A stretch of 63,561 nt of DNA, the filler included, from Octopus bimaculoides (taxonomy: Eukaryota): the NCBI RefSeq assembly GCF_001194135.2. It is 5 parts of 4 records of this genome, joined end to end, with 100 filler letters (N's around TTAATTAATTAA, not from the genome) between each part and the next. Parts side by side here need not be neighbours in the genome. Positions count along the whole stretch, not along the records: positions 1 to 25,564 come from NC_068991.1; positions 25,665 to 30,015 come from NW_026364361.1; positions 30,116 to 53,817 come from NC_068982.1; 2 more parts are not named here. The stretch is one strand, 5' to 3'. Every line of letters begins with the position of its first letter. Within the stretch, counting starts at the first letter, position 1. The notes beneath the pieces are model-generated. The model had not been told where the DNA came from. It worked only from the letters and a program-made list of their open reading frames with translations, and made no database searches. The translations under genes and the position numbers were made by a program. This document shows, piece by piece, positions 20,891-33,651 of the stretch.

Positions 20891-22398
20891 CAGTAACGGA
20901 GAGCAGTCACCATATTTCCCATACTTTCTATCTCTAACGAGTACAGTTATTAGAGGATCGTCTGAAACCGAATGGTAAAATCGGTTGTAATGGCTCTATA
21001 ATACTGTATACTTAGATTAATATACACACTCTACTGACAAATATACGAGTGCTTATTTTTTTCTGATTTATGGATTCTTTGGCAACTTACGCCCTTCCAT
21101 ATGTTGCAGAGTATTTTGCAATAGGCCACTTGAAGCTTGTGCCTTATAGCTGCTACCCCTGGCAGCACGCTCTTCATAGTCATCAAAACTCACCATAGAT
21201 ATATACGCATCTTTTTACCGCCATGGAATTATATTCACCTAGGATATAAAAAAAAATCCTAACTCCATATAACGAGATCTACACAAGGATGCTGCAAGAG
21301 AAGATGATAAACCTAGTCAGATGTATGAGATGGAAATTCTTTTTCTTCAGCCATATTAATCCACCCGCAGAGTCCGAACACTTGGATTCAAGAATTTCCC
21401 ACCCAAGATCAAGGAGCTAAGGCCTTTGAAAATGACCTGTTGAAGTGATTCAACACATAGTATATGCTTTTCCCCTTTTCTTGCCATTTTCCCCATTTTG
21501 TTCTCCCCCATTCCCTATTCTTTATTCGTTTTCGACATGATACTTAAATCCGAAATGTCAAAACAATTCCCTTTCCTCTAAGTGCAGTCTTTCTTTTGCC
21601 TGTTTTTCTCTTATTTTCATTGTATGACTTACACACACATACACACTATTAAACAATATATTTTATTGTTGTTGTTTAGTCTCAAGGTAACGCTGATCAA
21701 GCTGACCTATGATAAACCGCAGTCCATCAGTAACCATATATCATTTATGCAGTTTCCAATGCCTCCAAAACGATAATAAAATTTCAACTCTGATGAAAAC
21801 AAAATTATACTCTTGTACATGGTCACTAATTAATCTTTGTAATATATGTATGAAGACAATTGTATGAATATCAGAGAAGGCCAGGCGTTGTAAGGTTTAT
21901 ACCCTTATATCAACAGTGTACATGTCTACGCATATGATATGGCACTTCTTTCTTGATAACCTTTTGTACAAGAGACTCTTCCGAGATACTACGCATCGAC
22001 GTATCATTATATACATATCAAACACGCAGGCACACGCACACACCTCCCCCACACACTTTAAATAGAGCCATTGAATCAAGGTTAGCATCAGAATATTTTG
22101 CTTCCTCTTCCCTCTGCCCCACAATGAGCACCTTCTTAGATTTTTTTCTACAATCTCCCCTAGCCATCCCCTCTTTAAACAGGGTGAAAAATGCGGTTGA
22201 AAAATTACAAATAAACTTGTAAGCAAAAGAGTTCTAGTTTTAAGATCATGAATACCGAGTAAATAATTTATATGTCAAAATTTGAAATGTTTCACACCAA
22301 ATCATGTGACTGGGTCATTACACCAACAGCCCTCTTGCCTTGCCCATCCTCCTCTGTTTCACGAATGAACTCACTTCATTATCAAATATTTATATGAA

Positions 22399-22615
22399 GG
22401 CGGCGAGCTGGCAGAATCGTTAGCACCCCGGACAAAATGCTTAGCGGCACTTCGTCCGTCTTTACATTTTGAGTTCAAATGCTGCCGGGATTGACTTTGC
22501 CTTTCATCCTTTTGGGATCGACAAAATAAGTTCCAGTTGAATAGTTGGGTTCGATGTAATCGACTTAACCCCTCCTCCGAAACTGCTGGCCTTTGTGCCA
22601 AAATTTGAAATCATG
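22399..22615 (+). mobile_element. Full-length tRNA-head SINE family A
   Basis: ggcggcgagctggcagaatcgttagc...gagttcaaat...gactttgcctttcatcc...ggcctttgtgccaaaatttgaaa. Confidence 0.85.
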
Positions 22616-23467
22616 ATTTAAAATTTTTTTGTTTGTAAGCGCAGTTACCTTCGTTGACAGCGGGTTTAAACAAGCTGGCCAATAGAGGGCGTAAGCAACG
22701 TTAAGGTTCAGAGACCCAGCTCTTTCTCTTTTCTCGCCAAGACGTCGGACAGTAAAGACGTGATCTAGTCTCTCTCTCTNNNNNNNNNNNNNNNNNNNNN
22801 NNNNNNNNNNNNNNNNNNNNNNNNNNNNNNNNNNNNNNNNNNNNNNNNNNNNNNNNNNNNNNNNNNNNNNNNNNNNNNNTGGCCGCAGTCAAATGACTGA
22901 AACAAGTAAAAGAGTAAAAGAGTATCAAAGACAAAAAACTAAATTAGATTTCTCTAAAATTTGTAGGTTTAAATTTGAGATTATCTTCCCTCATACCATA
23001 TTCATTATCTCACAAAGGTATATGATTTTAGCCTCACTTATAAATTCAAATATGGAAACCAAATTGTACAAATGGAAAAACACCAATGTAACACCAAGTG
23101 CCTCAAATGGTGCGATCAACAGAAGCAGTTGGTGTTGCATTGATGTTTTTCCCTTTTCTTTTTTTTTTGTTTTTCTTTTGTAAAATATATTCCTTTTCAC
23201 TGAATTATTACAAATTGTAACAAATTGTAAGATTATACGAATTATTAATGTTTGAACGTGCTTGTTTTGTTACCAGGGATATGTTTCACATTTTATTGCA
23301 TCAATATTATTATAAAATTTAGTATTTTAAAACTAAATTTAATTTACACTTCTTCTTTACATCAGCATATTATAAACCCCAGGTGTCAAATATATGGCCC
23401 CTATCATTGTTGTATCAGTCCCAGACTCAACTTTTAAATTGCAAAATAAAATTAATTTTGTAAAATA

Positions 23468-24366
23468 TATGGTGTCATCTTATAAATAATACGGTTTTTT
23501 CAATTGAACTAAAAGTCGATTGGAGACGGGATAAACTACCTGCATCAACTTGTTATAAAAGCAGGTAGTAATTTTACCTTGTCCTTATTCTTAGTGCCAG
23601 TTTTGAAGAGTGCAGTTCTATTTTAACAGTTATTTTTTCAATGTTATAATGGAGATGACAAAGGAGCATATTCAGCATATTTTTCTTTATGAGTTCAATA
23701 AAGGGAACAATGCAATGGAGAGTGCGAGGAATATTAATGCAGTATATAGTGGTCGAACAATAAGCGTAAGCCAATCTGTGGTTCCAGAAATTCCGAGCCG
23801 GAAACTATAGCCTAGAAGACGAACCTCGTTCTGGAAGATCTGTAGAGCTCGATGAGGACGTCCTGCAAACCCTGGTGGGACAAAATCACATTGTAACTGT
23901 TGAGGAACTAGCTTTGATTTGGTCATTCAACCAGTCATTCAAGTCAGCGCTAGAAGAAAAGCCACCATCTTTGGTTTCAAAACAAAAGGCGTTCTTCCAT
24001 CAGGAAAATGCTTGGCCACACACAGCAAGGATGACATTCCAAAGGCTGGAGCAGTTTGAATGGGAAACGATGCTCCACCCACCATATTTGCCAGACATTG
24101 CCCCATCTGACTATCATTTATTCTGCAGTCTTCAAAATCATTTGGATGGGAAAAATATGAATTCTGTAGATGAGGTCAGAACTGTACTGGAGGAGTATTT
24201 TTCGTCACGGACAAGTGAATGTTGGAAGAGAAGCCTTGCTTCCAGATAGATGGAAGAGCATTGTAGAAAATGAAAGAGTTTTTTTTAGATAAAAGAAGAA
24301 CTTTATCTTAATTTTGAAAATTAAAAGAAGTATAAAAAAAACCGCATTATTTATGGGATGACCCAA
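23468..24366 (+). mobile_element. Internally deleted mariner element
   Basis: TIRs tatggtgtcatcttataaataatacgg / ccgcattatttatgggatgacccaa-TA; HTH (HIQHIFLYEFNKGNNA), EDEPRSGR, then HQENAWPHTA...HPPYLPDIAPSDYHLF; central DDD part missing. Confidence 0.85.
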
Positions 24367-24754
24367 TATGTCGCGAGCATGCGTACAATACTGCAACAGG
24401 TGCATTGCTTCGCGTCATTCTGATTTTATGTTGTCTCAAGTCACAATTTGACGATTGTGATGATGTGGAAATGGTAGTGGATCTTTGTCATCCGACGCTG
24501 AGAATTCAGGAAGACGATCGACCGAATTATTTGTCCATAAATTAACGTGTAGCGGCTGAGCAATTTCACCGATACGTGTAAATTTAACGTAACTTTTAGG
24601 CAAAATGAACTAGATAAGGCGTGTGAGAAGGTTGTGCTTTTTGAAATACTGATACAATCTACCTATTATTCTGTACAGTTCCCGTCTACCCAGTCTTCCT
24701 CACAAGATATAAATTAAACAAATAATATTAAAAAAAAAAAAAATTTCCCAGATT

Positions 24755-24826
24755 GCTAGACAACGAGATCGAACCAGGGACATCTTGGTTGCAATGCGAA
24801 TTTCATAGCCATTCTGCTACGCAGTC
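24755..24826 (-). pseudogene. tRNA-like (Pol III A/B box) sequence, not a functional tRNA
   Basis: tagcagaatgg (A box) and ggttcgatctc (B box), with a T-run about 10 nt downstream; T-arm and acceptor pairing broken. Confidence 0.5.
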
Positions 24827-25184
24827 TACTCATGGGAAATAAATCCCGAATAAACAGAACTTTTTGTAGAGTTATTTCCCTTGCACGAATAAATTATTTT
24901 TAGACGGAAATTAACGAAAATGGATATAGTTTACGAACAATTTAATTCTCCTAAACGTAAAATACATTCAAAATATCATATAAATAAATGCGAGGAGATG
25001 AAAAAACCCCAAAGTTGCAACCGAATAATTGGAAAATAAAAATTATTCACGTTTACGTATGTTTTGCAAGATTCTTGGTATGAAATCGTATGTTGAAACA
25101 GATATTGCTAGACTTAGGGTTGGTCATATTTTGCCAATAAAACACACGCACTATATATTAGGTCTTCACTTCAACTTCATTGTT

Positions 25185-25392
25185 ATTACCTCCACCTTAG
25201 CGAAGGTGGAGGTATTGTTTTCAGTCGTGTTTGTTTGTCCGTGGATAAGGTATCTCAAGAACAGCTGGATTCGGATGAAACTTTCAGGGATGTTTGGCCT
25301 TGTGACTGGCACAGTCTCATTAGATTTTGGGATCGATCGATCCGGTACCGGACAAGGATTCTGGATTATTTTTCCGATTTTTATTTTTATTT
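25185..25392 (+). mobile_element. Second Helentron/HINE-like copy
   Basis: 12-bp hairpin tacctccacctt-agcg-aaggtggaggta; body homologous to 14865-15020. Confidence 0.6.
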
Positions 25393-25526
25393 GACATGTA
25401 TATGTAAAGTTTCACATAGCTCTGATGTACACGCACACATATACTCACACATTTTCAGCGTTGAACATTACCATCCCATTTCCATTGCACGCACACATAC
25501 ACACACACACATGCACGCAAACATAC

Positions 25527-25564
<38 letters not shown>

Positions 25565-25608
25565 NNNNNNNNNNNNNNNNNNNNNNNNNNNNNNNNNNNN
25601 NNNNNNNN

Positions 25609-25620
25609 TTAATTAATTAA
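25609..25620. other. Assembly linker TTAATTAATTAA inside a 100-bp gap (also 30060-30071, 53862-53873, 62382-62393)
   Basis: Each is flanked by exactly 44 N on both sides; gives stops in all six frames. Confidence 0.95.
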
Positions 25621-25820
25621 NNNNNNNNNNNNNNNNNNNNNNNNNNNNNNNNNNNNNNNNNNNNATATATATATTTATATGAATTTATATACTTCATATG
25701 TGTATGTATATATATATATATAAACTTCATATTTATATATATATATTATACTTTATATATATATATGAATTGTAATGTGTGTGTGGCGTGCGTGTGAGAG
25801 CACATGTATCTATATTTTCG

Positions 25821-25858
<38 letters not shown>

Positions 25859-26313
25859 TGCATTTACACAAATCATATATTGCATATGTGTATATTACAT
25901 ATATGTACCTATGTTCATATGTATCTATCATATGTAACATACAACGCGCTTCTGTGTATGTGTAACGTGTGTGTGTTTGTGCGTAATTTATATATATATA
26001 TATATATTCATATTCAAACACACACATCAACGTATGTGTACTCTCGTGCATATGTTTATATGCGTTTGCTTATGTTGCAGGAGTTTGTGTAAACATGTGG
26101 TATTGGATGGGTCTGTGTGCATAAGCACATCGCTTGAAATGTACGTAAAATTGAATTCAAAATATATTTCTTTCTAATGACAGTTTTAATTTTAAACAGG
26201 TGCTTCTTCTTTTGGACAAAAATTAGAGAATATGACATAATATCCATTCTACTTTGATTTTGAAAATCGTGTTGATTAAATATCATATATTTGTTTATCT
26301 ATCTAGTTCCCCC

Positions 26314-26348
<35 letters not shown>

Positions 26349-27146
26349 AGCACAGAAGTACACATGTATATAGATATACATTTGTTTATTTATCTGTTTA
26401 TGTATTTTCGAAAATTATTTTGAAATAGCGAGATTATGAGAAATACTTACTTGTAGTTAGATAGATGCTTGTTATTTACCCTGCTCACTCTCTTTTCATC
26501 ACACACAGATGTATGCATATAGTTTATCTCTGCTTATGTGCACACATGCTCTCGTGCGCGTAAATGCGCGCGCGTGCGTATGTGTGTGTGCGTATGCGTG
26601 CGAGCGTGCGTGTGTGCGTGTGTGTGTGTAAGCTTGTACTTACGTGTTTTATATATATATATATATATATATATNNNNNNNNNNNNNNNNNNNNNNNNNN
26701 NNNNNNNNNNNNNNNNNNNNNNNNNNNNNNNNNNNNNNNNNNNNNNNNNNNNNNNNNNNNNNNNNNNNNNNNNNNNNNNNNNNNNNNNNNNNNNNNNNNN
26801 NNNNNNNNNNNNNNNNNNNNNNNNNNNNNNNNNNNNNNNNNNNNNNNNNNNNNNNNNNNNNNNNNNNNNNNNNNNNNNNNNNNNNNNNNNNNNNNNNNNN
26901 NNNNNNNNNNNNNNNNNNNNNNNNNNNNNNNNNNNNNNNNNNNNNNNNNNNNNNNNNNNNNNNNNNNNNNNNNNNNNNNNNNNNNNNNNNNNNNNNNNNN
27001 NNNNNNNNNNNNNNNNNNNNNNNNNNNNNNNNNNNNNNNNNNNNNNNNNNNNNNNNNNNNNNNNNNNNNNNNNNNNNNNNNNNNNNNNNNNNNNNNNNNN
27101 NNNNNNNNNNNNNNNNNNNNNNNNNNNNNNNNNNNNNNNNNNNNNN

Positions 27147-27186
<40 letters not shown>

Positions 27187-27946
27187 ATGTGTGTGTGTGT
27201 TGGCCAAGGAATTTCTGTTATGACCCCCGAGTGAATAGAGTTCTGTGAGTGGGATTTGGTTCGGAGATGTCTATTTATCTCAACACAAACTGATACAACA
27301 TAAACAAAGACACGAATGTACACATACACGCAATCAAACACACACGTTAATGTAGATTGTTCATACACTTGTGTTTATGTCCATTTGCGTAAACAGGTGA
27401 GTTGAATCGATTTACGTGGAGACCATAAGTTAGGGATTTCACTAAATGACAATCGATATATAATTTCTTGTATGAAATTAGTATTCGGATGTCAACTAAA
27501 AACCCTTTAAGGCATAACTCGACATAGCGACAGATAAACGGCATAAACTAGTAAAAGAAAACGTTCAAGGATACGCAACGCCTTCCAACGCCTGCTTGTA
27601 GCGAAAACGATTATGTAATGATGATAAAGTGGGTGGGTGTATGCATGTGTATATCAGCGCGTGTGTGCGTATCCACTTACAGACAAACACACACACACAC
27701 AAACACATTTATTTTTGGACGTTCATTTTTGGACTATGCCTATATGATGTACAGTGTACACAGGTTTAGTCGATATCCACGTATCGCAACATAAAGGAAC
27801 ACAACACAAATACAATTATTTTAACCAGTGAATACAAAGACGTGCGCGCGCGCGCATATACTCGCGCTCGCACATGTACACTTGTGCACACACGCACAAT
27901 ATGTGTGTGCGTGTTTGTTTGTGTGTGTGTGTGTGTGTGTGTGTGA

Positions 27947-28272
27947 AGGCGCATGGCTTAGTGGTTAGAGCTTACGATCGTGAGGTTGTGAGTTCGATTC
28001 TCGGACCTGGATGCGTGTTCTGTTCTTGAGCAAGACTCTTTATTTCACGTTGCGCCAGTTAACTCGGCTGTAGAAATGAGTTGCGACATCACTGGTACCA
28101 AGCTGTATCGGCCTTTGCCTTTCCCTTGGATAACGTCAGCGGTGTGGAGAGGGGGGGGCTGGTATGCATGGGTGACTGGTGGCCTTCTACAAACAATGTT
28201 GCCCGCACTTGTGCCTCGGAGGGTAACTTTCTAGGTGCAATCACATGGTCATTCATGACCGAAGCGGGTCTC
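27947..28272 (+). mobile_element. tRNA-head SINE family C
   Basis: ggcgcatggcttagtggttagag (A box)...gagttcgattctc (B box)...gttcttgagcaagac. Confidence 0.75.
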
Positions 28273-28514
28273 CTCCTTATATATATATATATTTATTTAT
28301 ATCTGAATATTTGATTCTCAGCGTTCCGTGTTCTTATACAGGGCATAGAAAAGTGAAGGATCGCTACAATAAATCATAATTAAGTCATCCTCCTGTATTT
28401 TCTTTTACCCAAAGCCAGGAACTTTTCAGCACCCCTCTTATGTAAGTATGGATGAATGCATCTACACGTATATACGTGTATGTATACACAGGTATAAATA
28501 CACAAACAGGTATA

Positions 28515-28865
28515 TACGACGACGAGGGTTCCAATTGACCCTACTCGTGAAATTAACGGGCAAGTGGCCGAACACTCCACAGATACGTGTACCCTTAACG
28601 TAGTTCTCGTGGGACATTCAGCGTGACAACAGATTGTGACAAGACTGGCCCTTTGAAATACAGGTACAACAGAAACAGGAAGTAAGAGTGAGAGAAAGTT
28701 GTGGTGAAAGAGTACAGTTGGGTTCGTCACCATCCCTGCCGGAGCCTCGTGGAGCTTTTAGGTGTTTTCGCTCAATAAACACTCACAACACCCGATCTGG
28801 GAATCGAAACTGCGACCTTACGACCGCGAGTCCACTTCCCTGACGATTGAGCCATTGCGCCTCCA
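28515..28865 (-). mobile_element. tRNA-head SINE family D
   Basis: Minus strand ggaggcgcaatggctcaatcg...gcagtttcgattcccaga; body shared with 31640-31935. Confidence 0.75.
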
Positions 28866-28881
28866 CTGTATTATATATATA

Positions 28882-28927
<46 letters not shown>

Positions 28928-29159
28928 ACATTTTTTTCTATTGTTTCAGCGCAGGGCCCCACCATTTTGCTACACTGTTATTACTGAGTGCCTCCTCTAA
29001 TATGTGACATTTCGTGGAGAATGGGGTTTGATGTCGCTAGCCTCATTTGCACCTCTTGCCGTGAGGTAGGTTCATCTGACTCTCAACAAGAAATTTTGAT
29101 CTGAAAACACCTACATCTACTTTATGTAGGCTCTGCAGGCTCTTTGGAAGAATATTAAA

Positions 29160-29620
29160 AAGCTATGGGCTCCTGCTGTTGCAGTAACTGGTCATGAAGC
29201 ATGATGGCATTGCTCGGATCTTTGGCACTATGCCTTGTCGACCTGTTCTGGCATTGGTGTAGCTTTCAATGACAAAATTTGGCACAATTCCATCCAGGAT
29301 CTTCCAGATGTATATTACTACATACCTCTCCAACTTTTGCTCTAGGGAGAGGAGACTTAGCTGTTTCAGCCTTTCCCAGTAACTGAGTTGTTGCAATGAG
29401 ATGATCTTCTTTGTGCAGCTTCGCTGGATTGCTTCAAGTTCTGCCATAAATTCTACACTGGTGGGTAATCATAGCTGGGAGCAGTAATCCAGGTGACAGA
29501 AGACGAAAGTCCTCCAGAGGACAATCATGGTTTCCTTCTGTCAAGTTCTAAATGTTCTCAGGCTCCATTCAGCCGGTAATCCGCACTGTGTCGCCATCCT
29601 GGTAATGTGCATTTGGAAAG
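29160..29620 (-). mobile_element. CR1/L2-group LINE ORF2 C-terminal fragment
   Basis: ELEAIQRSCTKKIISLQQLSYWERLKQLSLLSLEQKLERYVVIYIWKILDG, the typical LE.VQRR.TK...Y.ERL..L.L.SL..RR.R pattern. Confidence 0.8.
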
Positions 29621-29642
29621 AGTTATCATCACTGATATATAC

Positions 29643-29790
29643 ATAGGCGTTAGGAAGGGCATCCAGCTATAGAAACTTTCCCAGATCTGATTGAGCCGGA
29701 TGCAGAAGTCTGGTTCACCAGTCATCAGTCAGACCGTCCAACCCATGACTGCATGGAAAGCGGATGTTAAACGACGACGATGATGATATA
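29643..29790 (+). mobile_element. RTE-type retroposon 3' end
   Basis: ggcgttaggaagggcatccagctatagaaac...ccaacccatg...aaac(gac/gat)n. Confidence 0.75.
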
Positions 29791-29805
29791 TATAGATACA
29801 TATGA

Positions 29806-29836
<31 letters not shown>

Positions 29837-29977
29837 TGTATATATCATATGTACAAATCCATATATATTGCATATATGTATATTATATATATATTACATA
29901 TATATATTTATATATATTCTATTATTATATATACATACTACATATATATATATATCATTTATATAAATTGCATATAT

Positions 29978-30015
<38 letters not shown>

Positions 30016-30289
30016 NNNNNNNNNNNNNNNNNNNNNNNNNNNNNNNNNNNNNNNNNNNNTTAATTAATTAANNNNNNNNNNNNNNNNNNNNNNNNNNNNN
30101 NNNNNNNNNNNNNNNTATATATATATATATACATATGTATGTATGTATGTATATAGAAGAGGCTGGACCTAAAAGATCATACGCTAATTATGATGCATGA
30201 TGCTAGAGCTGTGAAATCTTGCATGCATTAATTTCGACTTCCCTTTTAATAACTGCATCGTTTCCTTCCATGTAAGCCGACGTCTAACT

Positions 30290-31262
30290 GTTCAAGGAAG
30301 ACTTCAGAAGTAATTAGAGAAGAGAAAGTCTTGAAGATGACTCTAGGTCTAGACGTCCTGCAACTACCACCACCGAGGAAAACATTGATCAAATTCATCA
30401 CATGCTAATGGATGACAGGCGATTGACTATAAATCAAATTGTCAATGTTATTAGCCTTTCCCCTGTGAAAGTTGAGAATATTCTACACGAAGAACTTGCC
30501 ATGACGAAGGTTTCTGTTCGGTGGGTGCCACGTCGTCTGACACTTCTTCAAAAGCGCACCAGGCTGATCACATCACGGGAAAATCTGTCATTGCTTGAAG
30601 CATATTCAGCCGGTTTCTTTGAAAGTTTCCTAAGTGCTGGCTTCATCACTTTGAGACAGAGACAAAGAGACAATCCATGCAGAGGAAGCACCTCTACTCA
30701 CTTGCTCTAAACAAGGCTATTGTCGTTTGGTCTGCAAGGAAAATGATGGCCTCAAATTTTACGGGATGCAGAAAGCATTGTACTTATTGACTATCTTCAA
30801 AAGAGCCACACCATGAACGGAGAATACTATGCCAAACTCCTGAGGCAGTTTCGAAAGATTATCAAGACCAAACGGCTAGGAGAACTGACGGAAGGGGTCT
30901 TGTTTCATCGGCACAATGCTGCAGCACACAAAATTCTTAGTTTCAATTACTGCTGTACATGACTGTCTTTGAAACGATTGAACACCCTATCTATTCTCAT
31001 GATTTGGTCCCATCTAACTACCACCTGTTCCCCAATATAAAGAAAAACCCCACTCTGCTGGGGACCAGTATCGTAGTGACGATGACATCAAATCTACTGT
31101 TGGTGACCTTTTTGAGCAAAGGGATGGAAGCTTCTTCACCAATAGGATCCAAGCACTTCAATATCAAAGGAAGTGCGTGGACCACAAGGGGGACTATGTT
31201 GAAAAATAAACCTCATTTCGTCACATTCCATGAGAGTATCGTGGTCGGCCTATGAACTTTTG
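30290..31262 (+). mobile_element. Decayed mariner transposase with right end
   Basis: SLEDDSRSRRP...DDRRLTI...KVSVRWVPRRLT...IDYLQK...GEYYA...HPIYSHDLVPSNYHLFP...KCVDHKGDYVEK*; multiple frameshifts. Confidence 0.85.
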
Positions 31263-31639
31263 TATGTATGTATGTATGTATGTATGTATGTATGTATGTA
31301 TGTATGTACGTACGTACGTATGTATGTATGTTGCATGTATGTATACATACATATATATATACATGTGTATGTATGTATGTTTATACGACGGGCTTCTTTC
31401 AGTTTCCGTCTACCAAATCCACACACAAAGCTTTGGTTCTGGAACAAACTTCTTACCACAAAGCCATAGCTTTCCTACACTTCTCAGTGAAGTTAGTGAT
31501 TTACGATTTTAAGATACCAATAAACGAAGTTCATCAACTAATACATTGGTTCTCAAACTTGGTTCCGCGAGATGAGGTGAAAATTTTAAACGGTTGTAGT
31601 GCAAACTCTATACTTATTGATACTCTGTCAGTTACAACA

Positions 31640-31935
31640 AAAGTCCAGTTAATCCGATCAGTGAAACAACCTGTTCGTGAGATTAATGCGCAAGTGGCTG
31701 AGCGATCCACAGAAACGCGTACCCTAACGTCGTTCTCAGGGAGATTCTGCGTGACACAGGATGTGACAAGGTTGGATCTTTGAAATAGAGGTACTACTCA
31801 TTTTTGCTAGTAAGGTGGATTGGGGCAACACAAAATAAAGTGTCTCGCTCAAGGACACATGCGCCATGGGCTTAGGGTATCTCACGACTTTGCGATCGTG
31901 AGCCGAATAACCTAACCACTAAGCTTCGCGTTTTC
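31640..31935 (-). mobile_element. tRNA-head SINE (C-type head, D-type body) nested in the hAT
   Basis: Head agcttagtggttaggttattcggctcacgatcg; body homologous to 28515-28680. Confidence 0.65.
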
Positions 31936-31949
31936 ACGCTGTTAATTAC

Positions 31950-32225
31950 TATAAGCCTGATAAAAAATATGTCCGGAACTTTATATACATCTTGTTCAAG
32001 GTCACAAAATACGGTATAATTATTCTGAATAGACAGAGGCTATTCGTGTGATTAATAAATTCTGAAATGTAATGCTCAAAATAATCAACAAAGATGTTTG
32101 AGGTATAAGAAGGTTCGAAACGGTTGCTACAAATACTGTATATTGTAACTACGCTATGTGACATTTCATGACGTTCATGCTCAACCGAACATTGATGCCT
32201 GACGGCATTAATGTTAAGGATCACG
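31950..32225. mobile_element. Possible mariner-type MITE end nested in the hAT
   Basis: TA-taagcctgataaaaaatatgtccgga resembles the TIR at 46863. Confidence 0.35.
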
Positions 32226-32346
32226 AGTGAATGGATACGATTTTTTATTTGAACATAATATATTTAGATAAATTCTTAACGAGCCATGTATCTTTATGAA
32301 TTATTTCTTCATTCCAGTATTAACTGCATCAGTGAAAACTATTCTT

Positions 32347-32404
<58 letters not shown>

Positions 32405-33456
32405 CATATGCATACATACATACATACATACATATATAATTTATGGCATATTGGTTAAAAAGTAGAAACACATTAAAACAATACAACGGAAAACACCTAA
32501 AAATGCAATATGTTTAACTGAAAAAATATTGGTTCGAGTTTCAAAATGGAAATCACATTAATACTGTGATGACCATATATTCGTTGGGTTTATACACATC
32601 TACTATGAAGGCGAAAGGAAGCTACAGTGTGTTCTATGCTATGAAATATTGTCCATTGAAAGCATGACGTTAACCAAACTTCAATACGTAGAAACAAACA
32701 TGCATACAGTAAACATAAACAAGCCAGTTGAATGTATTTAAAGACGGCAAGAAATACTTACCCCGCAAAAGTCAGTAGAGAAACATAGTAGCTGGCCGTG
32801 ATAATACAAATACTGTGGTTGTATCCTGCGATGCATTTCTTTTGATAGTAAAGAGTGGAAAACCACAAGCAAGTGTGGAGGAGCTAAGTCTTCCAATTGC
32901 CTTTAGAATACATGGAGACAAAGTAGTAAGGAATTATGATATGATTCCATTATCAAACAACACTGTCAAGCGACGAATAGAAAACATGACAGATAACGTA
33001 AAAAATCAGATAGTGAAAATAGTTTTTAAAAAGTGAAAACAGATGAGAATTCCTTATTCGAAATTCTTGGGATCGAGAGTGTTGCGGATTTTGGATCAAT
33101 TTGGATTTCGTAGTATTTTTAGATTTGCATCTATAAAATGGGTCAGCTTGGGGATACACAGAGAAGCATTGGCAGCAAGAAACATGGCACAAAAAAAATT
33201 GAAGATAACACTGGAGAAGGCAGTGAAAACAGTTAATTTTATAGAAACTAATCTGTTAAATTCTCATATTTTTGGCAAAGAAATGAGAAGTGCCCATGAA
33301 TCACTGTCCTTGCATTTTCGAGTATGTTGTCTATTTCGCGGTAAAATACTTATTCAAGTTGAGTGATGAAATAAAACTGTTTTATCATGAAAAATTTTTT
33401 TTTCCATCGGAGCAAGTGGTCCAATAACATTTAAGAGCTAGCTGTGGTGGCATATA

Positions 33457-33651
33457 CACGGTGGCTCAAAAGTAGGCACTTTAAATTTCTTTTAAAGCAC
33501 TTTATTCCAATTAAATTTCTATCTTACAATTAACTAAATTAGCATAGAATAATGGTTTCATATTCTTTTTTATAATTAAGATCTAAACTGTTAATATATG
33601 AATGCGAAAGAGATAGTTGAATAGTTGTAAACTTACTTTTGGGCCACACTG
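33457..33651. mobile_element. 195-bp Tc1/mariner MITE with TA TSD
   Basis: TIRs cacggtggctcaaaagtagg / cttacttttgggccacactg; removing it plus one TA restores the hAT frame gca tat ata tca aac (A-Y-I-S-N). Confidence 0.9.

Noticed and set aside
31230-31783. ORFs rich in YVCM/HTHT/YIYI/LSLS/LLLL (also 45144-46710, 60715-60998, 61778-62287)
   Set aside because: Pure di-, tri- and tetranucleotide repeats that lack stops by composition
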